From: a virus
Taxonomy: Duplodnaviria; Caudoviricetes
Strand: one strand, 5' to 3'
IMG/VR virus record: IMGVR_UViG_3300027924_001186
Coordinates: 1-64,000 of that record
Length of the DNA stretch: 64,000 bases
Shown: piece by piece, positions 12,007 to 21,843 of the stretch
Position numbering within the stretch: the stretch's first letter is position 1
Layout of the letters: the number at the start of each line of letters is the position of its first letter
Notes under the pieces: generated by a model
Seen by the model: only the letters and a program-made list of their open reading frames with translations
What the model was told of the DNA's origin: nothing
The model's database searches: none
Translations under genes and position numbers: made by a program

Positions 12007-12963
12007 ATGCAACTCTTCAGCGGAAACTCTAATCAAGCATTAGCTCAAAGAATTGTCACGCAGTTGTCAAGAAAAACCGGAGACTTAATGGCTCTGGGGC
12101 ATACGAAAGTCGATAAGTTCAGCGACGGCGAGGCTTCCGTAGAAATTTTAGAGAATGTCAGAGGTCAGGATGTGTTTATCATTCAATCAACCTGCGCTCC
12201 TGCTAACGATACGCTGATGGAGTTGCTCTTAATGGCGGATGCTCTCAAACGCGCATCCGCTCGTTCTATTGCCGCGGTCATTCCTTACTTTGGCTATGCC
12301 AGACAAGACAGGCGTCCGCGTTCCGCTCGAGTTCCAATTTCAGCGAGATTGGTTGCTGATCTAATGCAGGTCGCCGGCATAGAAAGAATTCTAACCGTAG
12401 AATTGCACGCCGATCAAATCCAAGGGTTCTTCAAAATTCCCGTCGATAATGTCTACTCGACGAAACATTTCGCTGATGATATTAACTCACTTGGACTGCC
12501 CGATTTGGTTATCGTATCTCCCGATGTGGGTGGAGTGCTGAGAGCCCGAAGTTTAGCCAAGCAAGTGGGAGATGCCGATTTGGTCATCATCGATAAACGA
12601 CGCCCTAAAGCCAACGAATCAGAGGTGATGAACATTATCGGTGATGTCTATGGTAAGAACTGCGTGATCGTGGACGACATCGTAGATACTGGTGGAACGA
12701 TGATTAAGGCGGTTGATGCTATCTTTGAAAAGGGAGCTAAATCCGTTCGAGCATACTGCACCCACGCGGTAATGTCAGGAAACGCCATCGAAAATTTCGG
12801 TAATTCGAGAATCACGGAGTTGGTGGTAACGGATACCATACCTTTTCATGTTCCTATCGGAGTGGCGATGGATCGAATTCATCGCCAACTATCCGTAGCC
12901 GATCTCCTGGCTGAGGCGATTCTGAGGATCGACAGCGGAACTTCGATCAAGGATTTATCGTAG
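12007..12963 (+). CDS. prs: Ribose-phosphate pyrophosphokinase
   Basis: [44 protein letters not shown]. Confidence 0.95.
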   Translation: MQLFSGNSNQALAQRIVTQLSRKTGDLMALGHTKVDKFSDGEASVEILENVRGQDVFIIQSTCAPANDTLMELLLMADALKRASARSIAAVIPYFGYARQDRRPRSARVPISARLVADLMQVAGIERILTVELHADQIQGFFKIPVDNVYSTKHFADDINSLGLPDLVIVSPDVGGVLRARSLAKQVGDADLVIIDKRRPKANESEVMNIIGDVYGKNCVIVDDIVDTGGTMIKAVDAIFEKGAKSVRAYCTHAVMSGNAIENFGNSRITELVVTDTIPFHVPIGVAMDRIHRQLSVADLLAEAILRIDSGTSIKDLS

Positions 12964-12975
12964 CATCCGTGCGAT

Positions 12976-13068
12976 GTAGCATTTTCGTGGAAATATTTTT
13001 CCTGAACGGCTTGACATCCGGCTTGGCGGCTGCTATACTACGAGGCATCAAGTAAGCCAATAACCCAG
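12976..13068 (+). promoter_or_regulatory. Extended early promoter motif copy 1
   Basis: AAATATTTTTCCTGAACGGC-TTGACA(13011)-N17-TATACT(13034)...CATCAAGTAAGCCAA; repeated at ~14989, ~18625, ~43202. Confidence 0.8.
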
Positions 13069-13078
13069 GAGCAACTAA

Positions 13079-14110
13079 ATGTTCAGCCAGCTCGTAACCC
13101 AGCTCGTCACCAACCAGCCGGTTCCCAGCCCCGCCAACTCGAAGCAGTATCAGTTCTTCCGCGCGCTTCGGCAGGCGGTTCCGGATGCCTTTACTAAGGT
13201 CGGTAACCGCACGATTTTCGTCGGTGACAGCGCCAAGATGGCTCTCGACGAAACCGCCATTATGGAAAAGATGCGCGCTGCTGGTTTCGGTGGCTTCGAT
13301 ACCCGTGAACCGGTCGCTCCTACTACCACCAAGCGCCAGAAGCGCATCGCCGAACTGGAGGAGATGACGGACGAAGAACTGTTTAAGCGCATCCAGGATA
13401 CCTTCGATTCTCTCACCCTGCTCTCGGAAGCTTCGGCGGATCTCAAAATCCGCTCGATGATCGTGTCCGGTTCCCCGGGTACGGGCAAGACCTTCGAGGT
13501 CATCAAGGCGATGAAGGCGAAGTCGCGCGAAAACCGCAACTTCTACTTTCACCAGGTCAAGGGCACTATCTCACCCATCGCTCTCTACATCGAGCTGTAC
13601 CGCGCTCGCCACGGTGTTCTGATTCTCGATGACGCCGATGAAGCGTTCACCGATCCCGAAAGCCTGCAGTTGCTCAAGGCGGCAACCGAATCCACGAAGT
13701 CTCGCAACGTCAGCTACCGTAAGCTGTCTATGGCGCTAGAAGCCGAAGGTATTCCGCAGGAGTTCGAGTTCGAAGGCTGCGTGGTTATTCTGACTAACAC
13801 CAACCTCGAAGAGGCTCGCAAGCAGCGCCAGTCGCACTATGACGCTATTATGAGCCGCGCCCACTATATCAATGCGGTGCTCGAGACGGACCGCGAGAAG
13901 ATTATGCGTATCCGTCACATCGTGACCACTACCACTATGCTGCACCAGTTCCTGGATCCCGCTCATCATCAGGAAGTGATTGATTTCGTCGAAGAGCACC
14001 ACACTCGCTTCCGCGAACTCAGCATCCGCACTATCGTCAAACTCGCCGAACTCCGCGCCGCTTTCCCGAAGAAGTGGGATACTCTGGCTCGCGGCACGCT
14101 GCTGGACTAA
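13079..14110 (+). CDS. AAA+ ATPase
   Basis: GSPGTGKT Walker A, LILDDAD Walker B, sensor TN, SR arginine finger. Confidence 0.8.
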   Translation: MFSQLVTQLVTNQPVPSPANSKQYQFFRALRQAVPDAFTKVGNRTIFVGDSAKMALDETAIMEKMRAAGFGGFDTREPVAPTTTKRQKRIAELEEMTDEELFKRIQDTFDSLTLLSEASADLKIRSMIVSGSPGTGKTFEVIKAMKAKSRENRNFYFHQVKGTISPIALYIELYRARHGVLILDDADEAFTDPESLQLLKAATESTKSRNVSYRKLSMALEAEGIPQEFEFEGCVVILTNTNLEEARKQRQSHYDAIMSRAHYINAVLETDREKIMRIRHIVTTTTMLHQFLDPAHHQEVIDFVEEHHTRFRELSIRTIVKLAELRAAFPKKWDTLARGTLLD

Positions 14111-14136
14111 GGACGAGCCGGGCAGGGATGCCCCGC

Positions 14137-14144
14137 TATAAATA
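14137..14144 (+). promoter_or_regulatory. T4-type late promoter
   Basis: TATAAATA after a GGGCA-GGGA-TGCCC hairpin, upstream of the AGAGGAG RBS. Confidence 0.7.
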
Positions 14145-14165
14145 ATCCTAAAGAGGAGATATACA

Positions 14166-14406
14166 ATGAAGAACTTTTCAGAATTCATAATCGAAACCGC
14201 CCTGAAAACGGGCATGGTATTCAAGACCACCGATAAAGAGCGGTGACCTCGCCGATAAGATACTCTTCGCGAAGAAGGTATCCGGTAATCAAATCACTGT
14301 CGTGACCCCGGAAGGGGATGAAGCGGATACCACGCTATCTCTCTTGAATGTCGATGCGAAGAGTATCAGACCTTATAACGCTAAAACCGATCCTAAATTC
14401 AAATAA
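14166..14406 (+). CDS. 79-aa protein with capsid-targeting-like N-terminus (MKNFSEFIIE); +1 insertion at 14241
   Basis: Late promoter and RBS upstream; removing the C in GAG-C-GGT gives an open frame to TAA at 14406. Confidence 0.6.
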
Positions 14407-14422
14407 GCGGAGTTTAATCGTT

Positions 14423-14992
14423 ATGCTAATCCTTGAGAATACCGATATCTGGTCTCTGGTTGAAAAAGGTGCCATCGGAATCCCCACCAACGGCTTCGTT
14501 TCACGAAACGGCGCAGGAGTGATGGGTGCCGGCTTGGCATACGACGCGAAAGATAGATACCCCGGGATCGTCTTCGATCTCGGAACTCATATTCGAAGAG
14601 AGGGGAATGTGGTGGGCTGGCTTCGCAAAGAGCCGCACCAAATCATCGCCATTCCCGTAAAGCCATCATTCCATAAAATCGAGAATCAAAACCAGAAGAA
14701 GAAGATACTTCCTAAGGTGAGGAGGCTCTATGGAATCGGTGAGACTGTTCCGGGATTCTATTGCATGGCGGATATCAAACTCATCGAAAGATCGCTCAAC
14801 CAACTCGTCGATTTCATCGAGAAAAATTCTCTGAAAACCGTGTTCATCCCGCTGCTCGGCTGCGGCAACGGCGGGCTTTCGCCGACACGAGATCTGTTCC
14901 CGCTCCTCGAGAGGATGGATCTGCCCGATTCGATAGTGCTGGTCGTGCAGACCAAGGATCTGGCTCCCGAGGTCGAAGAGGGGATATTGTAA
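14423..14992 (+). CDS. Macro-domain-like (ADP-ribose-binding) protein
   Basis: IPTNG...GVMGAGLA, IIAIPVK, IPLLGCGNGGL macro-fold motifs. Confidence 0.7.
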   Translation: MLILENTDIWSLVEKGAIGIPTNGFVSRNGAGVMGAGLAYDAKDRYPGIVFDLGTHIRREGNVVGWLRKEPHQIIAIPVKPSFHKIENQNQKKKILPKVRRLYGIGETVPGFYCMADIKLIERSLNQLVDFIEKNSLKTVFIPLLGCGNGGLSPTRDLFPLLERMDLPDSIVLVVQTKDLAPEVEEGIL

Positions 14993-15070
14993 CATCTGCG
15001 CGAAAATATTTTTCCTGAACGGCTTGACATCTTGCGTGCGTGTGCTATACTAAGCACATCAAGTAAGCCA
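14989..15070 (+). promoter_or_regulatory. Extended early promoter motif copy 2
   Basis: TTGACA 15024, TATACT 15046, CACATCAAGTAAGCCAA. Confidence 0.8.
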
Positions 15071-15088
15071 ACAACCCAGGAGACCAAA

Positions 15089-15505
15089 ATGCGAATCCTC
15101 AAGTGCTCGTGCTGCGGTGAAGACGTCACCATGCCGTCCTTCAAAAACCGCAAGCCCTACGGGTACACTTGCTTCGCACGCCTGTTCGGCAAGGGCACCA
15201 AGCCCGTAGTCTATACCCCCGTCGAAGTCAAGCAGGTTATCCGGCGCTGGGCGGACCTTAAGGATAGCATGAGCCCGGAAGGCTGGGAAATGAAAAAGGA
15301 TCATTTCACCATTACCTATGTCCACCGGTTTATGACGGTTAAGTCCAAGCCGATGGTCTCTCAATCGGAGTTCGCCATTCAGGATGAAACCGGTGGCTTC
15401 TGGATTCCTAAAGACGAGCTGAAAAAAGCTCTGTTCAACTGCCGTGCCAAGCTCGGCATATCCGCCGAAACTGCACGAGCCGAATTTAAGGCGATTGGAA
15501 TTTAA
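15089..15505 (+). CDS. Hypothetical early protein with CxxC...YGxxC zinc-binding motif
   Basis: CSCCG...YGYTCF; CAGGAG RBS directly after the promoter. Confidence 0.6.
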   Translation: MRILKCSCCGEDVTMPSFKNRKPYGYTCFARLFGKGTKPVVYTPVEVKQVIRRWADLKDSMSPEGWEMKKDHFTITYVHRFMTVKSKPMVSQSEFAIQDETGGFWIPKDELKKALFNCRAKLGISAETARAEFKAIGI

Positions 15506-15515
15506 GGTGACTGTG

Positions 15516-15782
15516 ATGAAACTGAATCAACTGCGTGAAGTGCTGGGTATCCATGATCCCGAAGCCCTTACCAAGTACCGTGGAGTTTATACTTACCGGG
15601 TCGGATTCTTCTACACCTTCGGGTGCGATCACCGTAAAGTACGAGATGACCTGGTTGCTGCCTTCAACAAGGCTAATATCGATGCGGTAATCCTTGACAG
15701 CGGCGAGCAGTGGAAACCGTTCCGTGGTGGGGATACCCTGAAGCAGGGGTCGCACTGGTGGGTCAAGTTCCAGATTCTGTGA
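15516..15782 (+). CDS. Hypothetical early protein
   Basis: AAGGTG RBS, tight packing, same codon style as neighbours. Confidence 0.55.
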   Translation: MKLNQLREVLGIHDPEALTKYRGVYTYRVGFFYTFGCDHRKVRDDLVAAFNKANIDAVILDSGEQWKPFRGGDTLKQGSHWWVKFQIL

Positions 15783-15791
15783 GGTGGTAAA

Positions 15792-16016
15792 ATGGTCGGT
15801 TATACTCTGAAGATGGTTGATGGTATTCTCGCTGTCGTGGGTAACAACGGGCAGGTGCTACCGCTGGAACTGCTCGACAAGCACCGGATGGTCTCGAACC
15901 GTAATCAGATCGGGCGCCGGTACTGGAACGAGAAGTGGCGCGATTGGTCCTACGAGGTGCTGAATGTCGAGCCCGGGGTCGACGTAACCGGTTTTATCGA
16001 TGAGAATGGTGGCTGA
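15792..16016 (+). CDS. Hypothetical early protein
   Basis: GAGGTGG RBS. Confidence 0.55.
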   Translation: MVGYTLKMVDGILAVVGNNGQVLPLELLDKHRMVSNRNQIGRRYWNEKWRDWSYEVLNVEPGVDVTGFIDENGG

Positions 16017-16248
16017 AATGATGTCGCTCACTCTAAGACACGGAAACGACGAATCCGTCATTAACGATGTGGCGTCGAGTATCGAAACGATTTGCGATGA
16101 AACCGGATGCCGTATGGGGTGGGGCGACCCCACTCCCGAAACGATTTCTTGGAACTTCTTTACTCGAGATGCACGCCATGAAGAGTGTGCTCGTTCGATG
16201 CTAATGGACTTGGTGCACGATTATCCCTACTGCGTGACGGTGAACTGA
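16000..16248 (+). CDS. Hypothetical protein
   Basis: Fills the gap between neighbours on the coding strand. Confidence 0.4.
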   Translation: MRMVAEMMSLTLRHGNDESVINDVASSIETICDETGCRMGWGDPTPETISWNFFTRDARHEECARSMLMDLVHDYPYCVTVN

Positions 16249-16250
16249 TT

Positions 16251-17513
16251 ATGTTAACTCATTTCAAAATGAATACTGCACTTTCGCAACGAATTTGCGA
16301 TGTTGAGTTTTACCAAATGCCGTTAGGACGATTGGTAGACTCTGTCTTAAGCACAGACACTGAATTTGCTAATCTTATGGATGAATTGCCGAGTTGGTCT
16401 AAGACGGTGGCTTTCCCAGCTAAAGCAAAGGGGTTTTATACTCAGATGCTATCAGCAGTCTTGCTCGGTAAGGGCAACTTTCCCGAACTAAACTTCTCAT
16501 ATCAAACCGCTTTACGACCGAAGAATACTCAGACTCGTCGAGTGATAATGATGTTCCTCCCTGGTTCGTCCACTATCGAAAATATCCGCACCTTAGGCGA
16601 GTATGCTAACGAGACCGTCGGAACGGGATGGGAGATCGTGGTATTGACCGGAGAAACCACTAGCAACGCCGAAGCCGAAAAGCACGTCAAAAGAATCCTA
16701 AAAGAACATAAGAATCGTAATGTCTTAATCCTGAGCAGGGGTATGGCACAGAGGTCGTTTTCGATTCCCGAAATCACCGAACTCTACCTGGCTTACGATA
16801 ACGGCGAAGCGGGTTGTACATTGCAGAAGATGAGCAGGGCGCTCACACCGTATTTCGACGGTCGATTCAAAGTCGGTCAAATCGTGTCGCTATCCTTCGA
16901 CCCCAATCGTAGTGATATCTTCGATGCCGCTATGCTTGTCACGGCAGTCAATATCGCCAAAAAGAAAAAGATATCGATGAAGAAGGCTCTGGAAACGGTG
17001 TTGCATACCATCGACATCTTTTACTGCACGCCCGACAACATCATTCGATTCGACACCGATAAATACCTAAATGAGATGATTGCTCGAAAGAGTGTTGATA
17101 GGGTGATCGGCAAGGTGTTCGATATGAGTGTTTTAACCGAAGCCGATATCGTTCGATTGGCAGCAGGTGAGAAAGAGTACACCAAGCTCACCAAGACTCA
17201 GGCTACTCTTAAAGGAAAAACCAGAAATCAGTCACCAACTATCATGCCTCGTAGTCAGATCGGAAAGCCGATCACCGAAAAGCAAATCGAGGAAGCCCGC
17301 AAGGCTCTAGTGGTTTTATCCGAAAATATCGATATAATCATCTACGGCACCCGCTCTAAAACCTTGAAAGATGCCTTCGGGGTATTGGATAAATCGGTAA
17401 TCATGCAGCAAGCCGTCGAAGAGCAATTCAATATGAAATACGATTTCATCCGCCACCTATTCACTTGCGGTGGAATCAGCGATCAAGTCATTAGTCTAAA
17501 GTTCGACCGATAA
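16251..17513 (+). CDS. Probable helicase C-terminal-like subunit of a restriction-modification-like module
   Basis: GMAQRSFSIPEI...YDNG...QKMSRALTP resembles SF2 motifs V-VI; no Walker A. Confidence 0.5.
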   Translation: MLTHFKMNTALSQRICDVEFYQMPLGRLVDSVLSTDTEFANLMDELPSWSKTVAFPAKAKGFYTQMLSAVLLGKGNFPELNFSYQTALRPKNTQTRRVIMMFLPGSSTIENIRTLGEYANETVGTGWEIVVLTGETTSNAEAEKHVKRILKEHKNRNVLILSRGMAQRSFSIPEITELYLAYDNGEAGCTLQKMSRALTPYFDGRFKVGQIVSLSFDPNRSDIFDAAMLVTAVNIAKKKKISMKKALETVLHTIDIFYCTPDNIIRFDTDKYLNEMIARKSVDRVIGKVFDMSVLTEADIVRLAAGEKEYTKLTKTQATLKGKTRNQSPTIMPRSQIGKPITEKQIEEARKALVVLSENIDIIIYGTRSKTLKDAFGVLDKSVIMQQAVEEQFNMKYDFIRHLFTCGGISDQVISLKFDR

Positions 17514-17524
17514 AGGATACTGCG

Positions 17525-18628
17525 ATGTTAGCACGTTTGAAGTTCGAAATTTCGGGGTTGGTTAAAGAGATGCTGGATCAGGTTGATCAGTCTGTCTTTC
17601 AATCATCCGATAGCACCTTCTTGGATCCTACTATGGGTGGTGGACAGTTTATCTTTGAAACTATCAAGCGGCTAAAAGATCAAGGTCATTCTAATGCTAA
17701 TATCAAGTCTCGTGTCTTTGGGTATGAATCAAACATACTCTATGTCAACTATGTCAAGGAACTCTATTTCCGCTTGTTCGGTGAAGAGATTCCTGCGACT
17801 TTGCTGGTCGGTGGACTCGATGAGTTGGAGGCTTTGATGAAACGATTCGACCTAGTGATGGGTAATCCGCCTTATCAGGAAAATACTGATTCCGATAAAG
17901 GTAACAAACAAGGTAGTTTCTGGATGAAATTTGTTTTGAAAGGGTTTAGTCTTCTGAAAGAAGATGGAAAGGTGATTATGATACACCCTATCACTTGGAC
18001 TGGTGTTGGTTCTTATGGGACAAAGTCATTCAAATTGGATCTTTTCAAACAGATGAATCCGTCGGTTCTCAATTTTACTTGCTCGAATTACTTTGATGTT
18101 GGTATTGATATTGGTTATTCTATTCTAAATAAATCAATGATATCCGAAACACTCATCGAAACACAAGATGATTCATTGTCCGTAAACTTGCAAGATATAA
18201 AAGTTCTACCATTTCTCGTATCCCGAAAAAATATCTCGATTGTCAATAAGATCATTGATAAGAATAATGGTAAATTGTATCCCTTTTCCGAAGGAGATGG
18301 TAAAAATTGTGGTCTAAAAAAAGTATACATTCTAAAAGCCCGATTTACCGATAAAATCTATATCGACGAAACTGGTTCCACAAAAGATACTTGGAAGTGT
18401 TCGATGCCATTGAGCGATACTATGATTGGCGCTCATTCGGTGTTTCAGTCTAAGTTGGTGAACTATTTTTTCACCATTATGGGTGGTAAGTCTGGACTAT
18501 CTCAAACGGGTATTCTTCAGAATCTACCGAATGTAGACCTAACCCGCACCTGGACCGATCAAGAACTCTATACTCACTTCAACCTAACGGATGAAGAGAT
18601 TGAGTATATCGAGGAGCAGATGAAGTAA
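17525..18628 (+). CDS. N6-adenine DNA methyltransferase (Eco57I/TaqI-like)
   Basis: FLDPTMGGGQF motif I, GNPPY motif IV. Confidence 0.85.
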   Translation: MLARLKFEISGLVKEMLDQVDQSVFQSSDSTFLDPTMGGGQFIFETIKRLKDQGHSNANIKSRVFGYESNILYVNYVKELYFRLFGEEIPATLLVGGLDELEALMKRFDLVMGNPPYQENTDSDKGNKQGSFWMKFVLKGFSLLKEDGKVIMIHPITWTGVGSYGTKSFKLDLFKQMNPSVLNFTCSNYFDVGIDIGYSILNKSMISETLIETQDDSLSVNLQDIKVLPFLVSRKNISIVNKIIDKNNGKLYPFSEGDGKNCGLKKVYILKARFTDKIYIDETGSTKDTWKCSMPLSDTMIGAHSVFQSKLVNYFFTIMGGKSGLSQTGILQNLPNVDLTRTWTDQELYTHFNLTDEEIEYIEEQMK

Positions 18629-18708
18629 CATTGCTGTTAAAATATTTTTTTCGGAAGGCTTGACTTTCCGAAAAAGAAATGTTATACTATACGCATCAAG
18701 TAAGCCAA
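18625..18708 (+). promoter_or_regulatory. Extended early promoter motif copy 3
   Basis: TTGACT 18660, TATACT 18683, CATCAAGTAAGCCAA. Confidence 0.75.
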
Positions 18709-18728
18709 ACCGACCGGAGTAAATCGAG

Positions 18729-19703
18729 ATGCCGCACTCTATCACTTACCTTTGGCAAGATCTTGAATCAAATGAACTACAGGTTAAATTCGGAGAGCAC
18801 TTTGCCAAAGGTAATCTCGATGCCGAAGGAATCGAGGCTGCCGCTCGGTCTCGAATCCGTGAGGACTTAGGTACCAGCAGATATAAGATAGATACCGGGC
18901 AAGTCATAGTCCATAAAGTGTGGGATGTTAGCGATTATGCGCGCTTTCACGGTAAGTTCAAACCTCATGCCCATATAGATGATCATATCAGAAACGAGTG
19001 TTTGCACGGTAATATCAAAGGGACTGAATGGCATCGAATGAGTCCTGAGGATGCCATCTACGAAGTCTCCAAAGAGCTGGATAAAATTAGCGGCAGTCAT
19101 CGTCGCGAAGTAGAACTCACTCCATGGCAGTATGATGGGGTCGTAGAACTCCTCGAAGCCGCGAAGAAACCTAATGCGGTTATTCTTGCCGATTGGGCGG
19201 CTCGATTTGGAAAAACCATTACGATGATGGCGACTTTCAAAGAAAGTGATCATCGAATTTTAGTGGTCTCCTCTTATGTCAAAACCGTTCTCCAATCCTT
19301 TAAGAAGGAGATAGGGTGTTGGACGCAATTCGCCGATATGGTATTCGTAGATAGCGGCGAAAAGGGGTATGAGAATGAGATCGCTAAAGCCTTATCTGAG
19401 GGAAAGAGGGTTGTCGTTTATCTTAGCCTTTGCAAGGGTTCGTTAAGGCAGGAAAGAATCGATACTATTTTCCATCCGAAACTACCGGTCATGCTGGTAA
19501 TCGATGAAGCGGATTACGGTAGCCACAAGCCTGCTCAAGTCGGCCCACTCAAAGCAGCGGTTGCCAAGAATAAGAAAAACCTAGTGGTGATCATGACTGG
19601 GACGAACGCTGACCGCGCAGCCTCTTCGTGGAGAGTCACTCATTACTCGTGCGTGACTTACCCTGAGATGATTCTCTGCAAGCGCGAAAACATTATTAAA
19701 TAA
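18729..19703 (+). CDS. SF2 helicase N-terminal (ATPase) domain protein, restriction-subunit-like
   Basis: LTPWQ Q-motif, WAARFGKT Walker A variant, VIDEADYG Walker B, MTGT motif III; ends before RecA domain 2. Confidence 0.7.
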   Translation: MPHSITYLWQDLESNELQVKFGEHFAKGNLDAEGIEAAARSRIREDLGTSRYKIDTGQVIVHKVWDVSDYARFHGKFKPHAHIDDHIRNECLHGNIKGTEWHRMSPEDAIYEVSKELDKISGSHRREVELTPWQYDGVVELLEAAKKPNAVILADWAARFGKTITMMATFKESDHRILVVSSYVKTVLQSFKKEIGCWTQFADMVFVDSGEKGYENEIAKALSEGKRVVVYLSLCKGSLRQERIDTIFHPKLPVMLVIDEADYGSHKPAQVGPLKAAVAKNKKNLVVIMTGTNADRAASSWRVTHYSCVTYPEMILCKRENIIK

Positions 19704-19730
19704 AAGGAAACACCGGCCGAGGGAAACCAT

Positions 19731-20183
19731 ATGAAAAAAGCTAAAGACCAAGCCCGTACAGCATCGAACCAGATCACCTTAGAACGCCAAAAACAGACGG
19801 GGGAGGTTTTCACGCCTGCCGAGCTGATAAATAATATGCTAGATCAAGTAGATACGACGCTATTCCAACCCGGCAAGACCTTCCTGGAGCCCGCAGCCGG
19901 CGACGGTAATATGGTCTTCGAATACCTAAAGCGCAAGCTAGAGCACGGTTGCACTCCGACAGAAGCCCTGCAAGACACCTTTGCTGTCGAGTATATGAAG
20001 GACAATCTCGAAGCTATGCGTAATCGCGTTCTAGAGCTCTGCGGTAGAACACCCGAACATGAAGCTATCGTAAACGAGCAGATAGTTCATGCGAACTTTC
20101 TGGATCAATTCGATACTGTCGATGGGCGCAAATACCCCGTTTGGCTTAAAAGTCAGATGTCAATTGAAGACTTCTTTGTATGA
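19731..20183 (+). CDS. Methyltransferase N-terminal (SAM-binding) half
   Basis: QTGEVFTP, FLEPAAGDGN; no NPPY. Confidence 0.75.
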   Translation: MKKAKDQARTASNQITLERQKQTGEVFTPAELINNMLDQVDTTLFQPGKTFLEPAAGDGNMVFEYLKRKLEHGCTPTEALQDTFAVEYMKDNLEAMRNRVLELCGRTPEHEAIVNEQIVHANFLDQFDTVDGRKYPVWLKSQMSIEDFFV

Positions 20184-20192
20184 GGTGGTAAA

Positions 20193-20663
20193 ATGATTAG
20201 ATATGACTGGAACGCTGTAGATATTGCTGTTCGTCTTGGGATCTACGTCCAGATTCAGCGCGAACTCGCTATGAACGAAGAGGAACTCGTAACCATTGTC
20301 GGTATTCAACGTGGTGGGTTGATTCCGGCTGTCATGTTAAGCCATCTATTCAACGTCGAGATGAAGCCGCTGAGATGGCAAACTCGTGATCAGGCTAGGT
20401 ATACCGACCCGGATTCTCTTTGTCGTATTCTATACGGTTGCAAGCCGGGCCAAGCTATCCTCATCGTCGATGATATTGCCGATTCCGGTAAGACATTCAA
20501 TGATATTAACAGATTTGTTGGCTTTTGCGATGCCATCAATCCGGGAAGCATCTACTATGCTGCTCTGATCAAGAGGAGCACACATCAATTGGATATGCCG
20601 ATCCTTTCACATCGTTTTCTCGACTCGGATGAATGGGTCCACTTTCCCTGGGAATCCGATTAA
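20193..20663 (+). CDS. Purine (xanthine/guanine-type) phosphoribosyltransferase
   Basis: GIQRGGLIPAV, LIVDDIADSGKT PRPP loop, WVHFPWE. Confidence 0.82.
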   Translation: MIRYDWNAVDIAVRLGIYVQIQRELAMNEEELVTIVGIQRGGLIPAVMLSHLFNVEMKPLRWQTRDQARYTDPDSLCRILYGCKPGQAILIVDDIADSGKTFNDINRFVGFCDAINPGSIYYAALIKRSTHQLDMPILSHRFLDSDEWVHFPWESD

Positions 20664-21344
20664 TCGTTGTACATTCCTTTTGTTGTAAAACAATCTTGTT
20701 TTTTAATGGCCCAAGAAAGTTTCTTCGATATGCTTATTCTATGTTTTGTTTCTTCGGACATCGGCATACCGTTTATTATTCGACGGTTTACCGTCTCTTT
20801 GCGTCGCTCATTTTCTTTTTAGTTTCTTCTGAATGTTTACGATTTTTACTGGAAATCCCGATCTTTCTTTTAGTTTCTTCTGAATGGGGGTAGTATGTTT
20901 TGCCTCTTCGTGGAGATGGTCTTCCTTTTCTCAATAGGCTCATTTTCTTTTTAGTTTCTTCTGAATGGGGGTGTCCTTTACCCTTTTTCGATTCGCTTAT
21001 TCGTTTTTTAGTTTCTTCTGAATGTGGTGTTTGAAATAGATATGGAAGAAGGTGATCGGTTTGATTTAACCATTTCTTGTTTTTAACAACCGCCATTCTT
21101 CGAAGAACTTTAAGTTCCCATTCTCTGGCTTGAAGTGAATCATTGAAAGTTTGGCGGACTTGGATTATATCAGGCTCTCCGTGCTCTTCTCGAAAAGCTT
21201 TAACCTTCTTTGATGAGGTGAAATAAGAAGACCATAGATCATCCGGATGACAGTTACGAGCATAACGGACGCCGATAGTACCAAGTGTTTAGATGGCTCC
21301 AACCGAATCAAATAGGTAAAAGGGGTATAAGTATTTTTAGGCAT
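20660..21344 (-). CDS. GIY-YIG-like homing endonuclease with NUMOD3 repeats (TPFTYLIGW family); four +1 insertions
   Basis: After removing extras at 21305, 21274, 20793, 20771: MPKNTYTPFTYLIGWSHLNTWYYGVRYARNCHPDDLWSSYFTSS..., HSEETK repeats, 226 aa. Confidence 0.8.
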
Positions 21345-21419
21345 GATAGCCTCCCAGAAAGGTTATTGTGATTAGGGTATAGAGATGATTCGTAGTCATC
21401 TCTATACCCGTTATTTATA
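21326..21419. promoter_or_regulatory. Endonuclease leader cassette copy 3
   Basis: 14-bp perfect stem GGGTATAGAGATGA/TCATCTCTATACCC; TATAAATA (-) 21412-21419; TATAAGTA (+) 21326. Confidence 0.75.
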
Positions 21420-21453
21420 AATTTACTGTACAGTAAATAATACCGGAGTTGAT

Positions 21454-21843
21454 ATGAAAGTTGAAGTGGTTGGTTTAGCTCTTTGCCTGTTCGCATCGCC
21501 AGCGATGGCTTTGCCGGAGATTGTTATCAATCGAGCCGAGCAGTCTTATACCGTCATCGATAACGGTAAGATAGTTAAAACCGGAAGAGTTAGTACCGGC
21601 AAACCAGGACACTCCACACCAGCAGGGCGCTTTTCCGTCCACGCTAAATATACTAAAGTGCGATCAGCAAAGTATAAGGTGATGATGAAATACACCATGC
21701 TCTTCAAAGGATCACTCTATGCTATTCACCAGGGAGTGGTTCCCGGATATCCTGCATCGCATGGCTGCGTCCGTGTTCCGGAAAAAGATGCCCGATATTT
21801 GTTTTCATCAATCCCGATTGGATCGATCGTGTCTATTAAATAA
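21454..21843 (+). CDS. Secreted L,D-transpeptidase (YkuD family)
   Basis: Signal peptide; VSTGKPGHSTPAG, IHQG...ASHGCVR catalytic His/Cys. Confidence 0.88.
   Translation: MKVEVVGLALCLFASPAMALPEIVINRAEQSYTVIDNGKIVKTGRVSTGKPGHSTPAGRFSVHAKYTKVRSAKYKVMMKYTMLFKGSLYAIHQGVVPGYPASHGCVRVPEKDARYLFSSIPIGSIVSIK

Noticed and set aside
12007-12963. prs as the Adps enzyme of the NARP1 NAD-reconstitution pathway
   Set aside because: No nicotinamide phosphoribosyltransferase-like partner is adjacent or in the window; the protein looks like a canonical class I Prs among purine genes.
13169-13171. CGG as a genome-wide unassigned or frameshift codon
   Set aside because: In-frame CGG is read through in intact ORFs (here in the AAA ATPase and in the 15089, 15516, 15792 and 43306 genes), and the 43033 case is not an in-frame CGG.
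20788-21010. CRISPR-like array from recurring TTTTTAGTTTCTTCTGAATG
   Set aside because: These are NUMOD3 HSEETK coding repeats inside an endonuclease ORF; spacing is in codon multiples and there are no cas genes.
21421-21438. LexA SOS box
   Set aside because: CTGT and ACAG are adjacent, without the 8-nt spacer.
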